From assembly GCA_051362555.1 (NCBI GenBank), contig CM120642.1:7502001-7566000 (forward strand): a stretch of DNA of 64,000 nucleotides, in the 5' to 3' direction. Of this stretch, positions 1-11,399 are shown piece by piece; the stretch's first letter is position 1; every line of letters begins with the position of its first letter. The stretch is from Lingula anatina (lineage: Eukaryota > Animalia > Brachiopoda). The notes beneath the pieces are model-generated. The model was not told where the DNA came from. It made no database searches and saw only the letters and a program-made list of their open reading frames with translations. Made by a program: the position numbers and the translations under genes.

Positions 1-1469
1 ATATCTGGAAAACTCATACCAGGACGCACTTCAATCTTACAATACTGCATCACTTTAATGTCGGTGTGACAAGTTGTGGAAAAGACTGCTACAAAAAATT
101 TGCAGCGATGACCACGATCCACCACCTTTTACCAAAACCGAGTGAACAGTTTTATATTATAATGCCCATGTACATGTATTTAAAGTGACAAGACTGAGAT
201 CAGCGAGAGCCTCAAGGCCTTTATTTTCTGGGCATCGTCAACTCTTCAATAATTTTATAATTTTGTCAAATACATCCAAAGATTCAATTCTAATGCAATT
301 CTTGAAAACTTTTTTAGAATATATTTCAATGTCGAACATGTTTTTCTAAGAACTAGCCCTTTAGTAAATTAACAACATGTACTATCCAACTGTTATTATT
401 AATTAACATATTGTTATGTACAAAGCATAAGCTGCAGTATCAATGTAGCATTAACTGGGTAGAGATTATGAATGAAATAAAAGTTTAAATATTGAAACAT
501 CTTCTATTTATATTTGGCAAAAATAGAAGAATAAACAAAGTTTGCTACATAAGTTTGGAATTTGGCCAAATCATCTTTATTATTACCTGTCACATGTAAT
601 GAATAAGACATACACAGATTTTGGAAGCTAGAATGCATAATTATTTTCATACTTATTAATGCCATCTTCATAAATAAGCCTTCTACTCAAGCATTCACAA
701 ACTTTCACATTGTGCAGTACACATTATAGTATGATTACATTTTTGAGAGAGACTTATTACTAGCCAGGCTATCATGTTAAGAGTCTGATGTACATGCAGA
801 CCCATGAGGATTGCAGATCAACAAATTATCCCCCTCTCTGTCAGCGTATTGACTCATGTGAGCTGACACAAAAGTCTCCATGCAAAGGGATGTGTCATAA
901 GAAAGGACCAACCCAACTTACACAAACATAAATTGTTTCATCGGTAAGATATTCACACATACTTTTCCAAGATGTGCAGGGAATAAATAGAAAGGTATAA
1001 ATATTTCTTTACAAAATACAGGCATGGCTTCCCTGCATGAATTCTAAATATTGGCTGAGTGGAGAATTGAATACAGGCACAAGTGTTCACTCAAACCATT
1101 TTTGTAGGTCTTAAAAGAAATGACATGCAGTCATTTGCCAAATACAGAATTTTATGCTGTAACAAAGTCACAAAACTGCAACTGGTGATCTTACAAAATC
1201 TAACAACACACTGGTTTAAAATAAGTAGAAATCACAATATGCCACCAGTACCATATTCCATAATACATTTGATGTCATTTAGATTTAAGAAGTAAATGCT
1301 GGACCAAAATGGTTTATTCTCAATATCAGGCATATGACTTAGGTTTGGGAGGAAAGACCACCTTGACTTCCAATCTGTCTGCATTATAGCATAAATTCCA
1401 GTGCTAGATGGTTTGAAGTCAACAGATTATGCTTTTGTCACAGTGGCAAGATGAGTTCACTGAATATAT

Positions 1470-3640
1470 CCTGTAAGCAGCACTCGAAAGTCAGGAAAAG
1501 TCTCTCACTATCCAACTCGTCCCCGCTTTGGACCCTCAAGAAAAGTCCCTCTTTTTTTGGTGGAGAGCCATGGAGTTCCTCTTCCATGTAAAAAACTCTT
1601 CTTCAGGACATCATACTGGCAGTTGCTCATAACCTTAAGGTCTAAAAAAGCAAATCAAAATAATAATAATAATAATTTATTAAGATTGCAACCCAGTGGG
1701 TTGAAGTTGTACATAGTGTTAAGAAAATTATAATGAAAATAAAGTGAATATTTGCTTGAATAAAACTGAGTTAAAAGACTGCTAATTGAACTTTAAAATT
1801 ATTGTACTTAGGATAAAAGACAACATAATACTATTGGAAATTTAAAAGTGCATACGGAATAAAAGAGCATCAGAATCTGTCGATCTTAAATTGTGGCACT
1901 TTGTTACTATTGTTTGATCTTAAAAGACGATTGGATTGATCAATAAAGATGTGATTCAGTTTGTCAGAGGATTCAGTTATTTTGTAAAAGAAAGTTTTGC
2001 ACAGATCTCTTCGTTTATCTAAAGTACACATATTTGCCAGGTTCAGGGTTTCATCATAGTGTAGGTCAGGGAAAATAATCTTCAAAGCACGAGTTTGGTC
2101 AGCCTCTTAGAGTTTGCATTGCTCTATAGTTAGTCCTGGATGCCACACAGGGCAGACATATTCTAGAATTGAGTGCACAATACTTTGGTAAAGCTTAGCT
2201 CGTTTCAGTTGACGGAGAAAATAGTCTTGCATTATGTTTACATTATGTGTCGCCAATTTGGAAAAAAAATTGATAAAAGAGAAATCATGCACCTATAATG
2301 CCTAATATATGAGGAGTGAATATCAGCTTATTAAAATTCTGCTTACTCTAAAGACATGTTTTAGTCCCATGTTGGATCATCAGGATCCTTTAATTCCCTC
2401 TTCTTCAGCATCATCCTCCTCCTCCATCTGCACTTCTTCCAGTTCAGGCATCCCATAGGAAAAAGTTACCTTGATACTGCAACCAAAAAAAAAGCAACAG
2501 TACATAAAATAAGATAATCAAGTTTGAGAAAAATCATGTAAAAACATAACTGAAATAAGTATAAATGCCATTTTTCTCAATATAATCACCTTAAAATATC
2601 TAGACTGTCATCTTCAACTGCACTAGTATTAACTACAACTTAATTTTGAAGTTTCTTGATCATTTCATATTGGTTTAATCTCCGAAATACTGGTTGGACT
2701 CTAAAGTTAAAATTGTATGATCTAAATTATTACTCTGGACTATTTAATACATTAGAGAGATGTACCAAACATAAACATGCAATATCCCCTTTCTGATTTA
2801 TTTATTTTTAATGTAAAAAGGAGACAAATTGTCTTTAAAATACTACTCAAAGATATTTTCAATTATAGTTAACATGCCATTTAACACTGAGTTAAACTTA
2901 GATACAATAACAGCTTCTGCACATTCATTTTGGGATTTAGATGCCTAAAGAAATAGCATCTTGGTCATATGTCTTAATTACTGTGGTATGCCTAGATGTT
3001 AGAGGCACAAGAAATGTGCCCTCGGTAAGTCAAAAATTCGCCCGGTCATTGTAATGTACATGTAATGAGACTAGTATCTCCCACCATGTCCGTTTCTATT
3101 TAAACTTTCTTTGCTCTATAAACTAACCCAAACCCTGTCAGAGTCGACATATGAGCAACACTTGCAATTTCTGTCATCGATACCACTCATATTAGTTACA
3201 ATTTCATGGCATATTTTGACAGACGAGCCTGACAATCGTTAAGAAATACAACGAACACACGTAAATAAACATAAATCTCTGTGCTTAATAAATATTTTCA
3301 CTGGTGTCTTATCTCAAACATTATTGTAAATGGTACTCACAAATCCAGTAAATACTTCGCGGCCAGGCCAGGCGATTCTTCGTATCCGCATGGCCACCCA
3401 AGCAGGTTTTCATCTGCCTTCTTCCTCGCCGGTGTTTATTGTTTGCCTGTCGTTCATTTGCTGATACACTGTTTTACGCATGTTTTTTCTGGTGCTGATT
3501 TTTGTAAAGGCTGTTTCTTTTTTCTTTTTGTTATCTGTCTTCGCTTCTTCGAAGGACTCCCAGCATAATTGAGCCTCCTGTGCCATGTTGGCTTTTCCCG
3601 GCAGCTTGAACTGGTTGTAACTAGGTCGCAATACGAGAAT
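1470..3640 (-). pseudogene. Putative spliced transcript or decayed gene of unknown family (3 exon-like segments)
   Basis: CpG-rich 5' end with aacATGg at 3586 and donor GTGAGT after 3341; exon 2476-2347 (ttgcag / GTAAGC); acceptor ttttag at 1641. The frame from ATG 3586 stops after 58 aa and the other frames are interrupted. Confidence 0.35.
1658..2230 (-). mobile_element. 5'-truncated, decayed non-LTR retrotransposon (CR1/L2/Rex1-group 3' end)
   Basis: Broken ORF2 C-terminal peptides YFLRQLKRA..ILEYVCPVWHPGLT..ALKIIFPDLHYDETLNLANMCTLDKRR..FFYKI; ends in AATAAA followed by an (ATT)n tail. Confidence 0.8.
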
Positions 3641-3873
3641 CTCGCGATATCCGGAAGGCTAGAGAGCTCAATAATGAAAATGGAGGTGGTTGTTGGTAAA
3701 CCTCCGCTTAAGCGGAGGTTTTCTTTTTATTGTATTTTCCAAAAATGTTACAGAGCGATGGCGAGTGCCGGGAATGATAGATTAAAGGTTGGTAAATCAC
3801 GGAAAAGTAGTGTTAACCTCGGGATAAATCGGGATAAATCAATTTTGGCGCGAAAATCCTCTTTTGTGTCCTT

Positions 3874-4331
3874 TTAAGTCTGTGTGGTGTCTGAATAAGA
3901 GCGCAAATCATTTTTTTTCGGCAAAAATTTTGTTTTTTTGAAAATTTTGGCCTGTTTGACCTTGAAATAAAGGTCAAAGGTCAAATCCAAGGGCATATTT
4001 GAAATCTACACATATGACTTTTGGAAAGCTGTCTGTAGAAATTTTTCCCATAATTCCTTCCGTAGGGGAGATAATTAGCATTTAATTTTGCCATTTTTGG
4101 ACAAGGGTGCATTGCAATGAATGCCACACCTAGACCCCAATACCGACAAAGCCCAAATTTTACGTGGAACGAGTTGAGATTATAGGTGACCTAAATCCAA
4201 GAGATGGGTATGGGGGCCATTACCGTCTAGGAGGAGAAGCGGTAACGGTAACATGGCGGCGGAGCCGGCGGAACGGACCGGACGGGACTAAAACCATGTG
4301 TACCGCCAGCGCTAACGCTGGTGGTACAATT
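3874..4331 (-). mobile_element. Truncated copy (5' part) of the same HINE family
   Basis: Reverse complement closely matches 22471-22955, including the subTIR GCTGGTGGTACAAT at ~4317-4330. Confidence 0.9.
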
Positions 4332-4689
4332 ATGAACTGCTTCTTTGCTAAACAAAGCCACTCATTAAATTTACAGTAAAACAAAAATACCGTTTGGCAG
4401 TTATGGGGCAAACACCATGTGCTGAACAGCAACAGCAATGACATGGACAGAGAAAGACTGGTCAGAATATGTACAGGAACTCCAAAAGCATGGGCTTTTT
4501 CTGCCCATTATGACAAGAATGGTGTGCTAAAAATGTGGGCTAAATTGTATATTAGTCAATTCTACCAACTAGTCAAAATTTATAGAAATTTCAAGTTCCA
4601 ATACTGAATCAGAAATAAAAATTGTCTTAATTTCTATTACCATTCAAATACTAAAGTAGATCGATCTAATCTCTGGGAATGGAGTCTAA

Positions 4690-4914
4690 GGGTGCATTCC
4701 CAGAGATTTAGATCAATCCAGAGATTTAGATTTAGAACGACCTTACTCCCTGGGGGTTCACGCTAAATTGCAGTCAACCGAGCGCACACCATAGTTAATT
4801 ACCCCCTTACAGCTTATAGTAGGCGGGACAGATGCTTAAGCCCCCTAAGCTGACAGTAATCTAGTGAGACTCCCCACAGGGATAGATCGATCTAAAATCT
4901 TTGGGAATGGGGTG
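4690..4914. mobile_element. MITE family A copy 1 (Tourist/PIF-like)
   Basis: Imperfect TIR GGGTGCATTCCCAGAGATTTAGATC / GATCTAAAATCTTTGGGAATGGGGTG with TAA TSD. A terminal fragment of another copy lies at 4657-4686. Confidence 0.85.
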
Positions 4915-4917
4915 TAA

Positions 4918-5023
4918 GAGAAGCGGTAACTGTGACATAGCTGCGGAGCTGGCGGATACGTAGGACAAGATGAGTCGGGCTAAAACCATGTGTACTGCCA
5001 GTGCCTACACTGGTGGTACAATT
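4918..5023 (-). mobile_element. Short diverged 5' end of HINE family, abutting the mini-CBP stop codon
   Basis: AAGCGGTAAC..AAAACCATGTGTACTGCCAGTG..CTGGTGGTACAAT parallels 4237-4330. Confidence 0.75.
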
Positions 5024-5025
5024 AA

Positions 5026-8000
5026 TTAAGTAAAAGAAATAAGCACTCTTTTACCTTGGGAAGTACTGAGGGGTGGACTATGCTCTGGATGACTGCAGGC
5101 CGCAGAGACCCCTGGTAGTTTCTGATCTTTAGTACTTTGCTTGATAAAAGCAGATGGAATATGCTGTTGTTGTTGTTGCTGCAGGCACTGACCTCCAAAC
5201 ATCATTTGCATTTGCTGCTGCTGTTGCTGCTGCTGCTGCTGTTGTTGTTGTTGCTGCCACTGGGCAAGCTGCATTAAGACAGCAGCCTTAAGTTGAGGGT
5301 TTGATTTCAGTATGGCCAGCACCTGCTGCTGCTGTTGCGGCGACGTCGGCAACTTCACCGTCTCTAAAAGTTTCTGCAAAGCAGATCTCTGTGGGTTTTG
5401 TGTGAGCCCTGCTTGCCCCTGCATGTTGGGGTTTTGAGGATGCATCATTCCTCCTTGAGCTCCCTGCTGCATGGGGCCTGGTTGTGGCTGTCGCGCCCCT
5501 GGATTCACATTGTACATCGACCAGCGATTTATTGAAGGCAATCCCTGCTGCTGCTGTTGCTGCTGTCCTGGCTGTGGCTGTTGAGGGGGAGGGCCACTTG
5601 GTTTGCCTCCCCCTGATCCATTGTAAGTGGTTTGAGGTATAAGGACTCGGGCGGGATGAATACTTTGAGTCTGACTTACGGGCTGCTTTGTGGATGTCAT
5701 CATCTGAGCTTGTTGCTGTCTTTGATGAAGTCGTTGTTGTTGTAGTATTATGTATTTGATATGGTCTTCCCCTGATCCATTGTAAGTGGTTTGAGGTATA
5801 GGGGCTGGGGCGGGCTGAATACTTGGAGTCTGACTTATGGACTGCTGCATTGTGGATAGTGCAATGTTCATTAAGGCCTTTCTTCTTCTCATCATCTGAG
5901 CTTGTTGTAGTCTTTGCTGAAGTTTTTGTACTTTTAGTTTTTGTTTGATATCCAAACAGAATGGCACAGGGCACTTTGTTTCCTCGCAATGATGGGCATG
6001 ACAACAACAGAGTGCACTAAGCTGTTTACAAATAGGACAGCCCCCATCAGTCTTTCTTTTGCAGCCTTTTGTGTGTGCCACCACACGCTTCATTTTCTGC
6101 CAGCTAGGGAGGCGACAGTTTGCATCTTTGCACTGACAAGCATGCACCAGTGACTCCTGGGGATTCTGCTGCTTTCCTGAATCACCTGGACTGTCATCCA
6201 GATCCAAGCCCAACTTGTCCATCTTGTGTTCGTGACCATCTTTTTCATAGCAGTGTATACACAAGCCATAGTCCTGAAGACAGAATAAAAAAAACCCATG
6301 AGTCATGGAAATAATTAATTATTACACAATGCAGGCAATTGTTCTTTGTTTACGGATTAAAACTAAAGGATCAGAGTTGCAATACCGCTGCCAGGTATTG
6401 TACCACCAGCAACATTAAGTGTAATGCCCATTCCAACTTCAGCAGTGAAGGCAACCTGTGCTCTGTGGACACTGTTCTGTGGTCTCTTTGCTTCACTGCA
6501 CAGAGGAAAGAGACTGTAATGCCCAGACCTGCTTTTGCAGTAAGACGTCCTGTGTACCATAAACACTGACCTGTGGCTGTCCCTGTTTCAGTGCAAGATG
6601 GAGAGAGACTGGAGGGTTAGCTGTTTGTGGTAGCTGCTTATCGCAAATCACCCCTCCATTCTTCCACTCCTGTTTCCCTCCAAAAACATGATTCTGGTTT
6701 CTGGGCATTTGTATAATTTTTCTGTAGTTTCTGGTTAACAGAAATATTTATCATAATCACTTTACATGTGTCAGAGGCTTTTCTTTTCACTTTTTGAAGT
6801 GTGATAACTAGTTTTTATTTGCCAGAATAGATTTTTTAAAAACAGAATACTGGAGTATCAGAGAGGCAATACCAAGTATTGTGCCAGGAGCTGGAGTAAA
6901 CGCATTCATATGAGAATAAGGGACACCACCCCCAGTGCTGTGCTTGACAAGCTCTACGAATACAATAATAAAAAGTTCTCAAAAGTTCTCAAATGTTTTT
7001 GTTGAAAACTACAATGTATAACAAAATCACGAGGAAAAGTAAAAGGTCAAATCCAAGGTTGCAGTATCATTGTGAATATAGGACTTCCCATCCAAGCTCT
7101 TACTTAGTCTACCGCATGGCAGGTGATCTCTCCCTTAAACCTAGTATATTTGATCATGAAAACAATCAGGGGTAATCTCAGTGGAGAGAGATGATAACAC
7201 ACATTTTTCCTAATACACAGCTGCTTCTTCTAAGGCTGTGTCCTGTACACACCGACCTATGCCCAGCTCAGCCTTCACAGTTAGGACTACCTGTGCGCCA
7301 AAGACACTGATCTGCTGTCATTTTGGTCTCCCAACAAGGCGGAGAGACAGTAATGCCCAGGTGGCTTCTACAGTGAAAGCTACCCATTCACCATAAACAA
7401 TAATGGCCTTCTAGGTCTCAGCGCAAGGTGAAGAGATACTTAAACATGTTACACTTCCACGACTCTAATTTCTAGATGCCAGATTAATTTTTTGAAAAAT
7501 GACACTACTTTCTATATGCCAGTATTGTTTTTAAATACATCACTAGTTTTTGGTTGTCAGGCTTATTGTTGAAAAATGAACCTGGAAACTAGACACTAAT
7601 TTCAGTGCCCCTCCTATCTCACACCGAAAAGTCAGGTAAAATATGCTTTAGCAAGAGTGCAGCATTTTCCTATAATGAAACCCCCCATAATGGTGATGAT
7701 GATGCTGTTTTGCGTCCAAAGCCAACTATAGCGATCACTATCTCTCACCTTGGGTGGCACACATAGTGTTTAAGTTAAAGTAAATTTATTTCTTGGGTTG
7801 CTAACTCACCTTTTGTACAATATGGTAACTGACACAGTGATCATCGGGAAAAAGTGAGGCCTAGCAACAAACATACAATTACTGGCCCAAAATGACAAAA
7901 TTTCATTATATTTTATTATATTTGTCATATTTATTGAATGGGTGTATCTCTGTCAGTTTTGGAGATATAAGGGTAAAAAAATTGATTTCCTATTCAAGTT

Positions 8001-9650
8001 AAGTAATAACTACGGGTGTCTCTCTGCCAGTTTCAGAGATATAAGGGCAAGAAAATTTGCAAAGTTCAGTTCATGGTGAAAAGTAATTCAAGGTCAAATT
8101 CATTGCAAGGTCACAGTAAGATACCCAATATATGAATTCCTGTTCAAGTTCAATAGTAACATGGGTGTATTTCTGCCACTTTGGGAGATATGAGGGTTGG
8201 AAAATTTATAAAGTACAGTTCATGTTAAAAATAGGTCAAATTCAAGGCCACCAGAAGATTGCCAATATACAACTTTCTATTTATGTTCAATATGGACATA
8301 CCTCTGCTAATTTTCCAGTATTTCAAATTTTATTTTCACCTATGAGCATTGTGACGTTGTACCATTTGAAACAGTGTAACTCCTAAACTGTATGGAAAAA
8401 AAAAACAGACACCATTTCCAGTATTGCACTTGACAAGCTCTACAAAATGCAACAAAACAAGTGGTCTCAACCATTTACAGTTCTAGAATTATAGAGTTTT
8501 CAGTTTTGACTTCTAATGGCTGTTTCTACTATAAAAATGCATCAACTGACAAGTTACATAAATCAGGTAAAGATACTGTACTTCAAACCATAGCCATTTA
8601 AATGTGTTATTTCACGATAAAATCAGAAACAAAATGGTATTTTTACTATCATAAATAGTTAACAGAATTCATAACCTCTGTCATACTAAATCGACCCCCT
8701 TCTTAGTAGCATCCTTGTTTCATGCTTGCAATAAACAAAATAAATATGTATTTTAACAAAAAAAAAGTTTTCAATTTGACTAATAAAACTATCATAAATG
8801 AACCTTCTGAAAAAGAAACAAAATTTTATCCTCAATGCTGATTTTCAAGAGTAAATATATAAATGAATATCAGACTTGTTCACCTAACTTTTTCTTTTAT
8901 TTCTTTGGTTTATGTTTAGCATTATTCACACAAGAAGGGCACTTACATCACAAATGCTGCAGTGGTATCTGGTTTCCACCTGTGCCTTGCAGTTGTTGCA
9001 AGTGTACACAAAGTTATCCCTGCCTGTGTTATGGAGATTCTGTAAGGTTAAACAAAAATACTGCAATAATAGGTTGAAGAACAGATGTGTCAGATGGCAA
9101 TTGTAATTATGATATGGACAGACACAGTTATCAGATTATACACAGAGAGACAAACAGTGAATTTATACGTATAACAAGGCAGCAAAGCTACCGACAAAAA
9201 TCAGAAATACAACACCCAGAATAATAAAATGCAGATATTCATTGTTTTATTATATTTTTTTTCAAACTCTGCTGACCTCAAAATGGCAAAAATAGGAAAA
9301 GCATTTTGTCAATTTTGATGCCAAATTACATATTATTATACCTCATACAATTCCGGCCGTTTATTGATCAGTTGCCATCGACTGTTTTGAATAGTTTCCT
9401 CTTTTTTTTTATTATATACAGACACTGTTAGTTGTGTTGTCACTGTTGCTGGCCAACACATGACCTTCGAACCGTAACGGCCAAACTGTACTTCTGTCTT
9501 ACTTTAAATTTACTGAGTGACTTTGTTTGGTAAAGAGCCAGGTTGCTTTTGGGAAAAAAATAAATTGAAAAAAATATATATATATACTTGTTGAGACATG
9601 GAATCATCTTGTTGGAACTCTGATGTTATTTCTTCTGGTTGACCAGCCAT
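5026..9650 (-). CDS. Chimeric truncated CBP paralog ('mini-CBP': ZZ + altered TAZ2 + NCBD), 3 coding exons, about 467 aa; could be a pseudogene
   Basis: Exon 9650-9588 (agcATGg, [21 protein letters not shown], phase 0). Exon 9039-8947 ([31 protein letters not shown]) copies the 3' end of CBP exon 22 behind a new acceptor ttaaccttacag. Exon 6273-5026 is a rearranged copy of CBP exon 23 ending in a CBP exon-5/intron-5-like piece. All junctions are GT-AG and in frame, with no internal stop. Confidence 0.7.
6362..8470 (-). mobile_element. Degenerate/nested HINE-family sequence inside the mini-CBP intron
   Basis: 3' terminus at 6362-6410 (revcomp GCTGGTGGTACAATA..GCGGTATTGC..TGATCCTTTAGTT). Decayed reverse copies of the 146-bp monomer at ~7940-8330. 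CTTGACAAGCTCTAC blocks at ~6944 and ~8430 match 25255-25300. Boundaries uncertain. Confidence 0.65.
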
Positions 9651-9795
9651 GCTTCTCCAGTCTGTATATCACAATCAACTCACTAGAATATATATCCTGC
9701 AGATTTCAAGCTTTACCTGGACAGAAAGAGAAGAAAGGAAACATACTGATTACATGTCGACAGTCTTCTCTGTGTGATTCCAGTTTATGCACTTA

Positions 9796-10006
9796 AACCC
9801 CCTTTACACTGGGCGGCTTCCTTTCTGCGTCCATGAAACTGGCATCACTATGGTCGTAAAAAGGGGCACGAGCATCACTTTGGTTGCAAAATGCATGCTC
9901 AATGATTGGCCAGCTGTCAGCATGTAAATTATTATTATTGTTTTTACTCCTAAACAAGGCCGCACCACGGGACGCAGAAAGCATGCCATACAGTGTAAAG
10001 GGGCCT
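9796..10006. mobile_element. MITE family B (PIF/Harbinger-like)
   Basis: TIR CCCCTTTACACTG..CTTTCTGCGTCC / GGACGCAGAAAG..CAGTGTAAAGGGG, with TTA on both flanks. Confidence 0.8.
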
Positions 10007-10209
10007 TTACATTAAGTAAACGTATGCATGAACGTATGTTCATGTATGGGTATATGTGTGATAATACACTGTAACCAGAGTGATGCATGCCAGAACATCC
10101 TGAGCTTCAGAGAGAGGTGCTCAAGGCACATATTGCGAGAGGGTGACAGTGTATTATTTGACATAAATACCATAAAAAATAATGTCATAGTGACCCGATA
10201 TCACGCTTA

Positions 10210-10428
10210 GACCGCATTTCCAGAGAGAGATTAGATTGATCTACTTTAGATCGACCTAACTCCCTGGGGGTTTACGCTAAATAGCTGTCAGCCGAGCGGA
10301 TACGAAAGTTAATTACCACCTTACAGCTTGTAGTAGGCGGGACAGACATTTAAGCCAGATTATCTGACAGTCATCTAGTGAGACTCCTCGCTGGGATAGA
10401 TCGATCTATAAGCTCTGGAAATACAGCC
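10210..10428. mobile_element. MITE family A copy 2
   Basis: Same core (CTCCCTGGGGG..GTTAATTACC..AGTAGGCGGGACAGA..GTGAGACTCC), TTA TSD. Confidence 0.85.
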
Positions 10429-11399
10429 TTAGAGATATTATACGGAATAAACTTGTCCTGTTTGCTGGTCACTTCCCACCAAATTCTTATGTAATGTCTG
10501 ACCAATTTGGTTATATTTTGTTAAATGCTTGATGTATAAGGTCAACTCATTGAACAGTATTCAATCCACTGTTGACATTGTCTATTTTGCCATGCGACTC
10601 TGCTGGGCCACACCTAGCTGGGACTGTATATATGTATAACAAGGCAGCAAAGTCACAGACAGAAATGATAATGCTTAAAATAATATAACACAGATATCAT
10701 TGATTTATTATATCGTCTTTCAAACTCCCAAGGTCCCAAGGCAAAACTTCCCCTTTTAGTGACATTTCTGTTAATGTCGGACCAGAATGTAGTCATGTTT
10801 ACAATTTTTTTTCAAATCCAAAGGAGAAATAAATTTATTTTTTAGTAAAATTTCTAATGACAAAGCAGTTTGGAATATAGTCAGTTTTTTCCTTTAATAT
10901 AAAATATTTTTATATGTGTATTTTGCTTAGTTTTTTGTGTGTAAGTGATATGACTAATTTATTTCATCATTCTGCTTAGTTGTTAATCAGCATTATGTTA
11001 ATTTGTTTTCACCATTTCTATTCATCTTTTTGTTGTTTCTTTTACATACATACATACATACATACATGTGTGCGCGCGTGTGTATGTGAATTTTCTAATT
11101 TTCTAGTATCTGACAGAAAGCATATAATGCTTCTATTATGCTTCTAGGTAACCCACACAACCTGCATTAAAAGGTTTGAGAATTGCAAATATTATTTTGT
11201 ATGCACATGTGTGGCTTAAATATGGAATAATTCCCTTTCTTAAACCATAACCAATTTATTTTTGCACCCAAGTATTAAAAAATACAGCTGCCTGTTAAAA
11301 CTTAGTTTAATAAAATGACAAATAATAATTTAAGAAAGTGAAAAGTTTGTTCTTATTTCTAGGAGTATGAGAAATATTAAATTTATCTACTAGTAGGTA

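Noticed and set aside
5026-9039. Processed retrocopy or haplotype mis-assembly of CBP
   Set aside because: Intron ends are retained, so it is not a retrocopy. Inverted orientation, rearrangements, substitutions and private TE insertions argue against an allelic artefact, though long-read confirmation is still needed.
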